This document shows, in pieces, positions 16,091 through 24,686 of a DNA stretch of 24,686 nucleotides (positions are counted from its first letter, which is position 1; the number at the start of each line of letters is the position of its first letter). The stretch covers positions 1 to 24,686 of IMG/VR virus record IMGVR_UViG_3300020460_000052; one strand, written 5' to 3'. Source of the DNA: a virus. Lineage: Duplodnaviria > Caudoviricetes. The notes under the pieces are model-generated. The model worked only from the letters and a program-made list of their open reading frames with translations, was not told the origin of the DNA and did not search any database. The position numbers and the translations under genes were made by a program.

Positions 16091-19000
16091 TGGCATTCAA
16101 TAGAGAACGAATTGATTCAACTGCAAGTGATTTCGATGTTAATGAAATCAATCAAAATAATTTCTCAAACAATACAATTTTTGTACCTTTAGATAAATCA
16201 TTTACACTTACGTTTGATGATCCAGTTGATTCCGAAACAATATCTCTTCATACAAATAATACAGACATAGATGTAAGCGAAAGAGGTAAAAGAGGTTCTG
16301 TGCAATTATCCTGTGTTGGTGATCCAGGACTCGGTTCTGATGCCGATTCTTTGAATTTAAGATTGAAAAAAGGCACGAGTAGTCCTCCATTTGTCATATC
16401 ATCTTCTCCTGGTACTTTGATAAAAGATCAAGATGCTACTATTGAAGTAGAAATGTTGTCACAACCAGTTATATCAAACGCAAACGCTACATTTTCTTTT
16501 GAACCAGTAGTTAATTTGGCCAGTAATTCAACGTATGTTTTCAATGTGACAAAGGATGTTCAAGATAAAGATGGTAGTGAAACCTCGTTTACCGTTGGTA
16601 CAGGTTTTGTTACGGATAATACTAGAAGTTTAATTTTAAGTTCTAGACCTTTTAATGGTCACATTATCAATTTACCATCGGATAATGAATTAAAGTTTGA
16701 GAAAGATGAAGTTGTTAAAAAATCTGAAAGAAATTTACCAGTGGCAACTGTTATTAAACACGATGAAGTTTCAGTATTAACTTACGATCTAAACCCCGTT
16801 TGTTATTTTATAAATGTGGCGTTTACTGCCGCAAATCCATGTGTGATAACAACCTCAACTGATCACGGACTATTTGCTGATAATAAAATTACGATATATG
16901 ATATAGTAAGCGGTAGTGGATTATCAAAAAGAACATACTCAATATCAAGTGTAACAACAAATACAATAACATTAGACGGTGTTAATACATTATATGGTAC
17001 TGCTGGTAGAATAAATTTTTATGTCGATTTTTCTGCTGATGATGAGATTGTTTCTACGGGTAGAACAAAAATTTTGCCTCCTCGAGAATCTGTTTGGGCA
17101 GGCACAGATATTCCTATAACTCTACCAGCGCCTTTTCCAATACCTACTATACCAGGAATACAGACTCCATCATTTCCAATCGAAAGTTTTCAGGCAACAG
17201 AGGTATCAGATAATATACGAATAAAGGCGACCTCAAACCCAAGAAAAAATTTTGTTGATATAGAATTAAACAAGGAACTGCATCAATTTTTACCAACGAC
17301 CGCTACTAAACATTTTGCGAAGAGTATAAGATTTGATGACACAAATAATCAACTAAGTTATGTTCCAGTGACTGGTTCAGAATCAAATATTATTAAATCT
17401 ACTGATAATTTCGCAAATAATATTATTTTGAAGCAAGGCACAATCACTTTGTTTGTGAGTGCAAATACAAATCCTACTCATAACACACACCCATTCAATA
17501 CATCTGCACCTACAGTAACAGATTTTGTGCCAGATGCGAATGATGCAATAACAAGAAATTTAGAGGTTATAGAAATTACAAGAAGCGGTACGACCGCAAC
17601 AGTTTTTACAAATTCAATACATGCTTTAAACATAGGCGACTCAATAAAAATAGAGGGTTGTAACGAAACCGATTATAATATTTCTGCAACCGTGCAAACT
17701 ATTGTTGATCCATTTAGATTTACTTATGAAGTTGCAAATGAGCCTAGATCGCCTGCAACTCCTTTTTCGGGAAAAATTGAATTAAAGACAGGTGGTACTC
17801 CTGCGTTACAAGCAACCGCTTTTCAGGTTCGTTTTAGTCAATCTATGAATACGAGTACAATAAGTGTAGCAAATGCTTCACATTTTATCTATGCAAATGG
17901 CACTACTACAACTACTGGATATGATAAAACCGCCGCCACTATTCAATTGTCACATGATAATTTTGCTACATCAACCGGTTTAGTGAATTGCAAATCTATA
18001 TCAGCAAATACTGGAAATTCATTGTTTACAATAGTTCCAGAAACACTATTACGTGGTAAATCTTATAAAATAAAAGTCACTACGAATGCCAGAGATCTCG
18101 GAGATACAAATACGGATGTAGATTACATCACAACTAATACTTTTTCAACTGGTACAAAAAGTTTTAATCCATCGACTGGTAAAGAACTTGTTTTTGTTGA
18201 TAACATACCACCAAAAATAAGAAAAATAACATTAGGTTCAAATGTACTAGAAAGTTCAAATGTTGAAGAAATTTCTGCTCCGCCTACTGGTATAGCGGTA
18301 AATTTTACTGACAATTTTGTTGTTCAATTTAATGAATCTATGAACGTTGAAACGGTTAATGTCAATTCTACTAATACAGATCCTTTTGGTACAATACAAG
18401 TTTCGGCTGATGATTTTACGACAGTCATTCAAATGGATGCACAACCAGCCGTTTCAACAACAAGCGAAAGAAACGATACATTCACATTTCATCCAGAAGG
18501 TAATGTTTCGTCAAATGCAACATATGTTGTAAAAGTTACAAAAGGTGTTGCAGATGAATCACCAAATCAAAATTTTTTAGAAACCGATAATGTATCTTCT
18601 ACGAAAACTCTAACTATTGGAAGTGCAACTGGATCATATACTGCAGGAGAAACAGTTATCGGTACAAGAACTGCAAGTACGAGGGCAAATAGCGGAGCCG
18701 TTACTCTTAATGAAACTTTATTAGGAACGACATCTTTGGCAAAAGGTATATTAAGGGCGCACACTCCTGGTAGTGGCACTCTTACATCAATAGAATATAC
18801 CGAGATAGCAAGCGAAGATGGAACAATAAAAGAGTTTTTACCAGGTGAAGTATTAACAGGACTCACATCTGGTAAAACTATAACAACATCAAATGCTACT
18901 ATAACGCAAGCCGCCTCTGGTGTAGTTTTAAATTTTACTGATCCAAGTCTAAGAATTAGACATTCAAATACTTCAATCGCTTTTGATACAACTGACGGTA

Positions 19001-19878
19001 TTTTGACAGGTGTTACATCAGGTGCTAAAGGCACGATGACGGCAATAACTAATACTGGTTTTTCAACTCAATCGACTGCCTTGAGTGTAACATCTTTTGT
19101 GAGAGAAGAGGATAATGATATAGTTGAATTAAATACGACCAGAACAGGTATTGATCATGACTCAAATGTTATAATAAAATTTAGTCAAACTATGAATGCT
19201 GATACTATTATTGTAAATTCAACTGATAGTCAAGTTAATTCATCTGATACTGTTATATTTTCAAAAGATAGTAACTTTACAAATTGTGTGCCTCTTTTGG
19301 CAAGTCCAACAATATCTGAAAATGGAACAAAGTTTGAGTTTAAACCTGCAATACTTGCTAACACAAGTTTAAGATTATCACAACATGATTATTACTATGT
19401 TAAAGTTACAAGAGGAGCAAAAACGAAAGGCTCAAAAAACACCACCTCTGAATATACGTCTTCAAGTGCAAGAATAGGAACAGGATTATCTCCTGATTTT
19501 AAAGGTATAAACGCATCTGTATTTACCACAGACGGTACGGAAGTAATTTTGGGCACCGAAAATAATAATAGCAAAACCAGTTCTGCATCAGTTAATAGTC
19601 CAATAATTTTTCATTTTAGCGAGGCAGTAGATGTTTCACAATTTGCATCTGGTGCTGGTGCTGAAATATTGGTTGATGATTCCTCAGGTTTTGGTTCACC
19701 AGTAACAGTTACATTAGCAAAATCTGGTAGATTTGGAAATCAAATTATAGCAACACCATCATCTGCATTGAGTGCAGGAACACGTTATTACGTCAAAGCA
19801 AATTCTGGAGGATCAAATGATGGCGGACATGCCATATCTACTGCACAAGAATTTGGTTCTTTCACAACTGCATCATAA
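16090..19878 (+). CDS. Large multi-Ig-like-domain (Big_5/SbsA-like) structural or adhesion protein
   Basis: 1262 aa, Thr/Ser/Asn-rich. Five repeats start FTLTFDDPVD, FQVRFSQSMN, FVVQFNESMN, VIIKFSQTMN and IIFHFSEAVD, and most close with P..L....Y.V.VT...F.T. Confidence 0.7.
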   Translation: MAFNRERIDSTASDFDVNEINQNNFSNNTIFVPLDKSFTLTFDDPVDSETISLHTNNTDIDVSERGKRGSVQLSCVGDPGLGSDADSLNLRLKKGTSSPPFVISSSPGTLIKDQDATIEVEMLSQPVISNANATFSFEPVVNLASNSTYVFNVTKDVQDKDGSETSFTVGTGFVTDNTRSLILSSRPFNGHIINLPSDNELKFEKDEVVKKSERNLPVATVIKHDEVSVLTYDLNPVCYFINVAFTAANPCVITTSTDHGLFADNKITIYDIVSGSGLSKRTYSISSVTTNTITLDGVNTLYGTAGRINFYVDFSADDEIVSTGRTKILPPRESVWAGTDIPITLPAPFPIPTIPGIQTPSFPIESFQATEVSDNIRIKATSNPRKNFVDIELNKELHQFLPTTATKHFAKSIRFDDTNNQLSYVPVTGSESNIIKSTDNFANNIILKQGTITLFVSANTNPTHNTHPFNTSAPTVTDFVPDANDAITRNLEVIEITRSGTTATVFTNSIHALNIGDSIKIEGCNETDYNISATVQTIVDPFRFTYEVANEPRSPATPFSGKIELKTGGTPALQATAFQVRFSQSMNTSTISVANASHFIYANGTTTTTGYDKTAATIQLSHDNFATSTGLVNCKSISANTGNSLFTIVPETLLRGKSYKIKVTTNARDLGDTNTDVDYITTNTFSTGTKSFNPSTGKELVFVDNIPPKIRKITLGSNVLESSNVEEISAPPTGIAVNFTDNFVVQFNESMNVETVNVNSTNTDPFGTIQVSADDFTTVIQMDAQPAVSTTSERNDTFTFHPEGNVSSNATYVVKVTKGVADESPNQNFLETDNVSSTKTLTIGSATGSYTAGETVIGTRTASTRANSGAVTLNETLLGTTSLAKGILRAHTPGSGTLTSIEYTEIASEDGTIKEFLPGEVLTGLTSGKTITTSNATITQAASGVVLNFTDPSLRIRHSNTSIAFDTTDGILTGVTSGAKGTMTAITNTGFSTQSTALSVTSFVREEDNDIVELNTTRTGIDHDSNVIIKFSQTMNADTIIVNSTDSQVNSSDTVIFSKDSNFTNCVPLLASPTISENGTKFEFKPAILANTSLRLSQHDYYYVKVTRGAKTKGSKNTTSEYTSSSARIGTGLSPDFKGINASVFTTDGTEVILGTENNNSKTSSASVNSPIIFHFSEAVDVSQFASGAGAEILVDDSSGFGSPVTVTLAKSGRFGNQIIATPSSALSAGTRYYVKANSGGSNDGGHAISTAQEFGSFTTAS

Positions 19879-19886
19879 GGAGAATA

Positions 19887-20144
19887 ATGGCATTAGTATC
19901 AGCAACATTAGCGAGTCAAATTGAAGCGGCAATGAAGGCCGCACAAGCAGATCCTACACCGGCGGCACAAACAAAGTTAGCACAAGATATGGCTACGGCA
20001 ATCGATACATTTGTAAGAAGTGCAACTGTTACAACTGAAATTACTGGCACTGCATCAGGTGGTGTATGTACACCATCAGGTCCTGTGAGTGGAGCAATTG
20101 TTAAAGGATCAGGTATAGGCGCACCAAATGTAGGAATAAGTTAA
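19887..20144 (+). CDS. Small hypothetical protein, paralog 1 (baseplate-associated)
   Basis: 85 aa, strong Shine-Dalgarno TAAGGAG, clear similarity to the next ORF. Confidence 0.75.
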   Translation: MALVSATLASQIEAAMKAAQADPTPAAQTKLAQDMATAIDTFVRSATVTTEITGTASGGVCTPSGPVSGAIVKGSGIGAPNVGIS

Positions 20145-20419
20145 TGGCATTGAATAAAGCAAAATTAGCCGTTGATTTAGAAAACGCATTTAAGATTGCT
20201 CAAAATAATCCGTCACCAACTTCACAGACGGATATAGCACAGGCAATAGCAACCGCTATTCATACCTATTACATAGGTGCAACTGTTAATACGCTAATAG
20301 ATGTTTGTGTGGCAAATGGAGGGGTTAATGCTAGTATACCACCACCATCAGGACCTACACCAGGACCAATAACCGCACCTGCCACCGTTAAAGGTGTGGC
20401 ACTTGGCACACTTTCATAA
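20144..20419 (+). CDS. Small hypothetical protein, paralog 2 (baseplate-associated)
   Basis: 91 aa, TAATG-coupled to the previous ORF. The two share MAL...L...E.A.K.AQ..P.P..QT..AQ..ATAI.T....ATV.T.I...PSGP....A.VKG...G...S. Confidence 0.75.
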   Translation: MALNKAKLAVDLENAFKIAQNNPSPTSQTDIAQAIATAIHTYYIGATVNTLIDVCVANGGVNASIPPPSGPTPGPITAPATVKGVALGTLS

Positions 20420-20425
20420 TAAATA
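20418..20425 (+). promoter_or_regulatory. Putative T4-type late promoter (AATAAATA) upstream of gp25
   Basis: The ATAAATA core ends 5 nt before the gp25 ATG, and no Shine-Dalgarno is present. The sequence is AT-rich, so a chance match is possible. Confidence 0.55.
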
Positions 20426-20430
20426 ATAAT

Positions 20431-20916
20431 ATGGCTACCGCAGATACAACAAGACAATACTACATTTCTCAAAGTGATAAATATAATTCATTTGATGATG
20501 TAGCAAAAGAATATTTAGATAAAAGATTAAAAGCGACACAATACGTAGACTTTGGTGTTAAATTTAACAAAAACCCAAATACAAATGATATTGCAATTTT
20601 GCGTGGGGACAACGCAGTAAAGCAGAGTGTTAAAAATCTAATTAGAACAAATAGATTTGAAAGATATATGAGACCAGATGTTGGATGTGATCTGACAAAA
20701 CTATTATTTGAACCATCTAATCAAATTACGGAAATACGAATAAAAGAACTTATTGCAGAAACTATCAAAAATCATGAAAAAAGAGCAATACTCAAAAATG
20801 TTGATGTAAAGTCTGTCAGAGATGGATTAGGTTATGATGTAACAATTGTTTTTGCTGTAAAAGGAAGTGATAACCCAGTAACTTTTACGACTTTTTTAGA
20901 AACAAATCAAGGATAA
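20431..20916 (+). CDS. 25: Baseplate wedge subunit (gp25-like)
   Basis: YVDFGVKF.KNP.TNDI......AVKQSVKNLIRTN.FER..RP.VGC....LLFEP and I.NHEKR. Confidence 0.92.
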   Translation: MATADTTRQYYISQSDKYNSFDDVAKEYLDKRLKATQYVDFGVKFNKNPNTNDIAILRGDNAVKQSVKNLIRTNRFERYMRPDVGCDLTKLLFEPSNQITEIRIKELIAETIKNHEKRAILKNVDVKSVRDGLGYDVTIVFAVKGSDNPVTFTTFLETNQG

Positions 20917-20919
20917 TTT

Positions 20920-22794
20920 ATGGCATCTCCATCAAACTTGAAATTAACAGGACTAGACTTTGATGAACTCAAAGATAATTTTAAAAATTATCTTGCGACT
21001 CAAAATGAATTTACAGATTATGATTCGACTGGATCTGCATTTTCAGTTCTTCTTGATGTGCTTGCATATAATTCGCATTTAAATGCTTTCTATTTAAATA
21101 TGGTTGCAAATGAGATGTTTTTGGATACTGCAATAAATAGAAATTCACTTATGTCCTTATCAAAAATGTTAGGATATTTACCAAAATCTAGAAAAAGTTC
21201 GTATGCAAATGTAACTATATCGGTAACACCTAATGACAATCCTTCAAACATAACCATAGCAAAAAATACAAGATTTAAATCTGAAATTAATGGTATTACT
21301 TTTACATTTGTTACAGATCAATCTTATTCGGCAGTTGCAAATGGAAATTCAACAGTTACAATTCCAAATATTAAATTGGTTCAAGGTGAACCATTGACAT
21401 TTAGATATACTGCTAACACTTCTGATAATACAATAAAATATAAAATACCAAATACAGGTGTTGATACAGATTCAATAACTGTAACGTTACAAGAATCTGA
21501 TGAAAACACTACTCAAAGTTCTTACACATTGGCTACAGATTTGTTAGATATTAATTCCACATCAAACATATTTTTTGTAGAACCTGATGCAGATGATACT
21601 TTTCAAGTCAAATTTGGGGATGGTATATTAGGAAGAAAAGAAAAGACAGGAAATATTGTCATTATAGGATATAATATAACAAATGGAACTTTAGGTAATG
21701 GTGCAAGAATATTCAGTCCAGTCTCTACCGTTGGAGGATATGCAGGCGCATCAGTCACTACTATATCATCTTCCGTTGGTGGATCGAATGAAGAGACAAA
21801 TGATAATATAAGATTTAATGCACCAAAACATTATGAGGTGCAAAATAGGGCCGTTACTGCAAACGATTATAAAAGAATAATAACAAGAGAATATCCACAA
21901 GCAGAATCGGTAATTGTATATGGAGGTGAGAATGCTGATCCTCCTCAATTCGGAAAAGTGTTTATAGGTGTAAAACCTAAATCGGGTTTAGCGATCACAA
22001 CATCCGTCAAAGATTTTATTAGAGATGTTTTGAAAAAATATAATGTTGGTTCGATAACACCTGAGTTTGTAGACATAGATTACATATATCCAATATTGAC
22101 TTTGACAGTTAATTATGATTCACGATTTACAAATAAAACTACGTCTGTTCTTAGACAAGATGTTTTAAATTCTTTAACGTCTTATTCTACAAATGAATTG
22201 CAGGAGTTTTCAAAACAGTTGAGAATTTCAAAACTAACAAGAACCATTGATGATACAAATAATTCTATTGTAGGCAATGAACTTACACTGAAACTTAAAA
22301 AATCTTTAAATCCAACATTAAATCAGAAGTTAAATTATACAATTCGTTTTAGTAATCCTATTCATCATCCTCATGCTGGTCATTTAGGTGCAATCACATC
22401 AACTGAATTTACAATATTAGATGGTGAAAACATATCTAGAAGTGGTTGTAAATTTGATGATAAAGATGGGATAATTAGAATTTTTAGAATTGTCGATGGT
22501 AATAAAAAAATTGTTTATGAGAATCAAGGAACAGTTGACTATGATAAAGGTGAAATTCTTTTAAGTCTTTTTAATCCAACCGCATATGTAGGAGCATCAT
22601 TAGATATTATTGTCAATCCTCAAAATCAAGATGTACAACCATTAAGAGAACAAGTCGTATTGATTTCTGAATCGAATGTCAATATAACTATGAACGATGT
22701 TTCGAGTGTGAGAACAGGTTTAATAACAGAAACACAAACCTCTACAACCACAACAACCACAACATCTGCAACATCATCTAGTTCAACTTATTAA
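20920..22794 (+). CDS. 6: Baseplate wedge subunit (gp6-like)
   Basis: LDFDELK.N.K.YL..Q.EFTDYD..GS..SVLLDVLAYN, MVANEMFLDTA..R, LGY.PKS, FGDGILG, QNRAVTANDY and PPQFGKVFI..KP. Confidence 0.95.
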   Translation: MASPSNLKLTGLDFDELKDNFKNYLATQNEFTDYDSTGSAFSVLLDVLAYNSHLNAFYLNMVANEMFLDTAINRNSLMSLSKMLGYLPKSRKSSYANVTISVTPNDNPSNITIAKNTRFKSEINGITFTFVTDQSYSAVANGNSTVTIPNIKLVQGEPLTFRYTANTSDNTIKYKIPNTGVDTDSITVTLQESDENTTQSSYTLATDLLDINSTSNIFFVEPDADDTFQVKFGDGILGRKEKTGNIVIIGYNITNGTLGNGARIFSPVSTVGGYAGASVTTISSSVGGSNEETNDNIRFNAPKHYEVQNRAVTANDYKRIITREYPQAESVIVYGGENADPPQFGKVFIGVKPKSGLAITTSVKDFIRDVLKKYNVGSITPEFVDIDYIYPILTLTVNYDSRFTNKTTSVLRQDVLNSLTSYSTNELQEFSKQLRISKLTRTIDDTNNSIVGNELTLKLKKSLNPTLNQKLNYTIRFSNPIHHPHAGHLGAITSTEFTILDGENISRSGCKFDDKDGIIRIFRIVDGNKKIVYENQGTVDYDKGEILLSLFNPTAYVGASLDIIVNPQNQDVQPLREQVVLISESNVNITMNDVSSVRTGLITETQTSTTTTTTTSATSSSSTY

Positions 22795-22795
22795 A

Positions 22796-24686
22796 ATGAC
22801 TGAATACCTAACTGACGAAAAAAATAATAAGGTCATAAATTCTATTGTTCCTCTTTTGGAACAACAATTTCCTGAGTTTATTCGTGAAGATGCTCCAACT
22901 TTCATAAACTTTATGAAAGAGTATTACAAATGGATGGAGGCTAGTGAATTAAAAATAACAGATGTAATTCAGAACGAATATAGATTTACATTAGAAGATG
23001 ATGATACAAATTTAGAATTGGAGGATGGTTCGAATCTTACTCTTGAAAGTACAAGAGAAACAACTAATACAAGTATTCTTAGTTCATTTGAAAAAAATGA
23101 AAAGATCGTAGGACAAACATCCGGTGCGGTAGGTATTGTTGACCGAGATATGACAACATCAAATACTGTAATTTATGTATCTGGATTAGAAAGAACAAAA
23201 TTTTTAAGTGATGAAGTTATATTAGGTGATAACAATAGAACAAAAGCCACAGTAACATCATTCTCAAAAAATCCATTATTTGCTTCTAAATCTCTTTTAG
23301 CAGAAAGAGATATTGATTTAATTGACAATAATATAGTTGATTTATTTCAAAAAGAATTTGCAACAACATCAGATACAAATATTATAACAGAGAAAAGAGA
23401 TTTTTTCAAACGAATTTTTAATCTGTATAGATCAAAAGGTACTGAATATTCTTATGATTTATTTTTTAAATCTTTCTTTAACGTACAAGATCTTGAAGTT
23501 TACAGGCCAAAAACGGATTTATTAAAACCTTCTTTTGGTGATTATAGAAGAGAGAAAACTCTTAGAGTTATTACGAGTGATACTAATGATAAATTTGAGT
23601 CAAGAATAATTACAGGTCAAACATCTTCTGCAAGTGCCACAGTTGATAGAGTAGAAAATTTTCAATCTGGTGCATTGACAGTAACAGAATTGTTTTTAAC
23701 AAATATTGTGGGTACGTTTGTGGTAGGTGAAAATATTGTGTCATCTGAATTTGAAGGCACAACAGGAAGCGGTACCGCACAAGGAGTTATAACAAACATT
23801 AATATTACAAGTGCAGGTACGAACTATAAAGTTGGCGACACCGTTACGATTACTGGAGGTGGTGGACAAGATGCCGCCGCTAGGGTATCTCAAATTGGAA
23901 CTGGTGCTATTACAGGTTTTACAATTTTTGATGGAGGTGATGGTTATGTAAACACCGCAGTATTGACTGTAAATAATTTTGCTACTGGTGGTACAGGTGT
24001 ATCTGGTGATGTAAGTAATATTGCTCATACGTTTACTTTTTCAATTAACGAAGACATTATCGGCAATTTTACTACTGTGGTTTTTAATGATGCTAACTAT
24101 AATTTGTCTGGACAAGAAACAACATTAAGAACTACAAGATTAGTTGATGCATTTGGTTTTTCTGCTCTTCAAATTGGTTCGATAGCAAATGTGAGAGCAA
24201 CTGGATTAGGTTCTGGATATGAATTGTCTCCGATAATATCAATCGTTCAAGATAATATTGTAAAATTTAATGATCCTGCGGTTGGTATAATTAACTTAAA
24301 TGATGATCCTGATTCAATTTCAGAAACTAATGCTATATCAGGTACATTTACGACTGGTGAACGTATTACATCTAATTCAGGTAATAAGGTAGGAACATTT
24401 CTAGGTTTAGTGAGTAATACTTCAACCTTAAGTGATCCATCAAGATTTCGAGCAAGACCTGTTTTATACACTGGCACTTTTGGTGTTGGTCGAAATGATT
24501 TAACAATTAATACTTCAAACTATATCAACTCTACTATACCTACAGTTTATGACATACAATTTAACACACCTACTGAAACTGCTGGTTTAGAAGACACAAA
24601 CACATTTGTTTTTCGTAGAGGCATAAATGCCGCCAGTGTAACAGAATCAACAAATACAGATACAACTATTCAATACACCTCTACAT
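22796..24686 (+). CDS. 7: Baseplate wedge initiator (gp7-like), 3'-truncated
   Basis: Absent from the ORF track, consistent with running off the window end. Starts MTEYLTDEKNNKVINSIVPLLEQQFPEFIREDAPTFINFMKEYYKWME and contains LYRSKGTEYSYDLFFK. Follows gp6. Confidence 0.85.
   Translation, partial: MTEYLTDEKNNKVINSIVPLLEQQFPEFIREDAPTFINFMKEYYKWMEASELKITDVIQNEYRFTLEDDDTNLELEDGSNLTLESTRETTNTSILSSFEKNEKIVGQTSGAVGIVDRDMTTSNTVIYVSGLERTKFLSDEVILGDNNRTKATVTSFSKNPLFASKSLLAERDIDLIDNNIVDLFQKEFATTSDTNIITEKRDFFKRIFNLYRSKGTEYSYDLFFKSFFNVQDLEVYRPKTDLLKPSFGDYRREKTLRVITSDTNDKFESRIITGQTSSASATVDRVENFQSGALTVTELFLTNIVGTFVVGENIVSSEFEGTTGSGTAQGVITNINITSAGTNYKVGDTVTITGGGGQDAAARVSQIGTGAITGFTIFDGGDGYVNTAVLTVNNFATGGTGVSGDVSNIAHTFTFSINEDIIGNFTTVVFNDANYNLSGQETTLRTTRLVDAFGFSALQIGSIANVRATGLGSGYELSPIISIVQDNIVKFNDPAVGIINLNDDPDSISETNAISGTFTTGERITSNSGNKVGTFLGLVSNTSTLSDPSRFRARPVLYTGTFGVGRNDLTINTSNYINSTIPTVYDIQFNTPTETAGLEDTNTFVFRRGINAASVTESTNTDTTIQYTST

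Noticed and set aside
14482-19034. Minus-strand ORFs (up to 201 aa) within the two large genes
   Set aside because: Antisense shadows with no supporting motifs or operon context.
22725-22794. ACA/ACC-rich low-complexity tract at the end of gp6
   Set aside because: It encodes a Thr/Ser tail with mixed codons and is not a DNA-level repeat array or CRISPR.
23741-24477. Minus-strand ORFs listed at the window's right end
   Set aside because: The region is occupied by the plus-strand gp7-like gene, which runs off the window.
1-24686. Alternative genetic code, tRNAs, CRISPR arrays, introns or inteins
   Set aside because: Genes tile the window under the standard code with very short gaps. I saw no repeat-spacer arrays, cloverleafs, split genes or intein motifs.

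Overview
AT-rich segment of a T4-superfamily (T4-like myovirus, probably aquatic) phage genome that covers the tail/baseplate morphogenesis region. From left to right: the 3' end of gp32 (SSB, +); a leftward operon of gp4, gp2, a gp54/tail-tube-family gene, a gp26-like gene, a short gp51-like ORF and a probable tape measure gene; then a rightward operon of two gp48 paralogs, gp53, a gp27-like hub, an inserted zeta-toxin-like P-loop kinase, a gp5 spike without a recognisable lysozyme domain, two very large Ig-like-domain proteins, two small tandem paralogs, gp25, gp6 and the start of gp7. The most striking signal is at the gp26/gp51 junction. A U-UUU-UUC slippery heptamer lies just before the gp26 stop, and its -1 frame runs into the gp51-like ORF, giving a lambda G/GT-type arrangement upstream of the tape measure gene. 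Five nt downstream of the heptamer is a 12-nt GC-rich element that is exactly complementary to a 12-nt element about 760 nt away, beside the gp26 ribosome-binding site. This suggests a long-range RNA duplex that links initiation to frameshifting. All protein calls come from motif recognition and gene order; no database searches were run.
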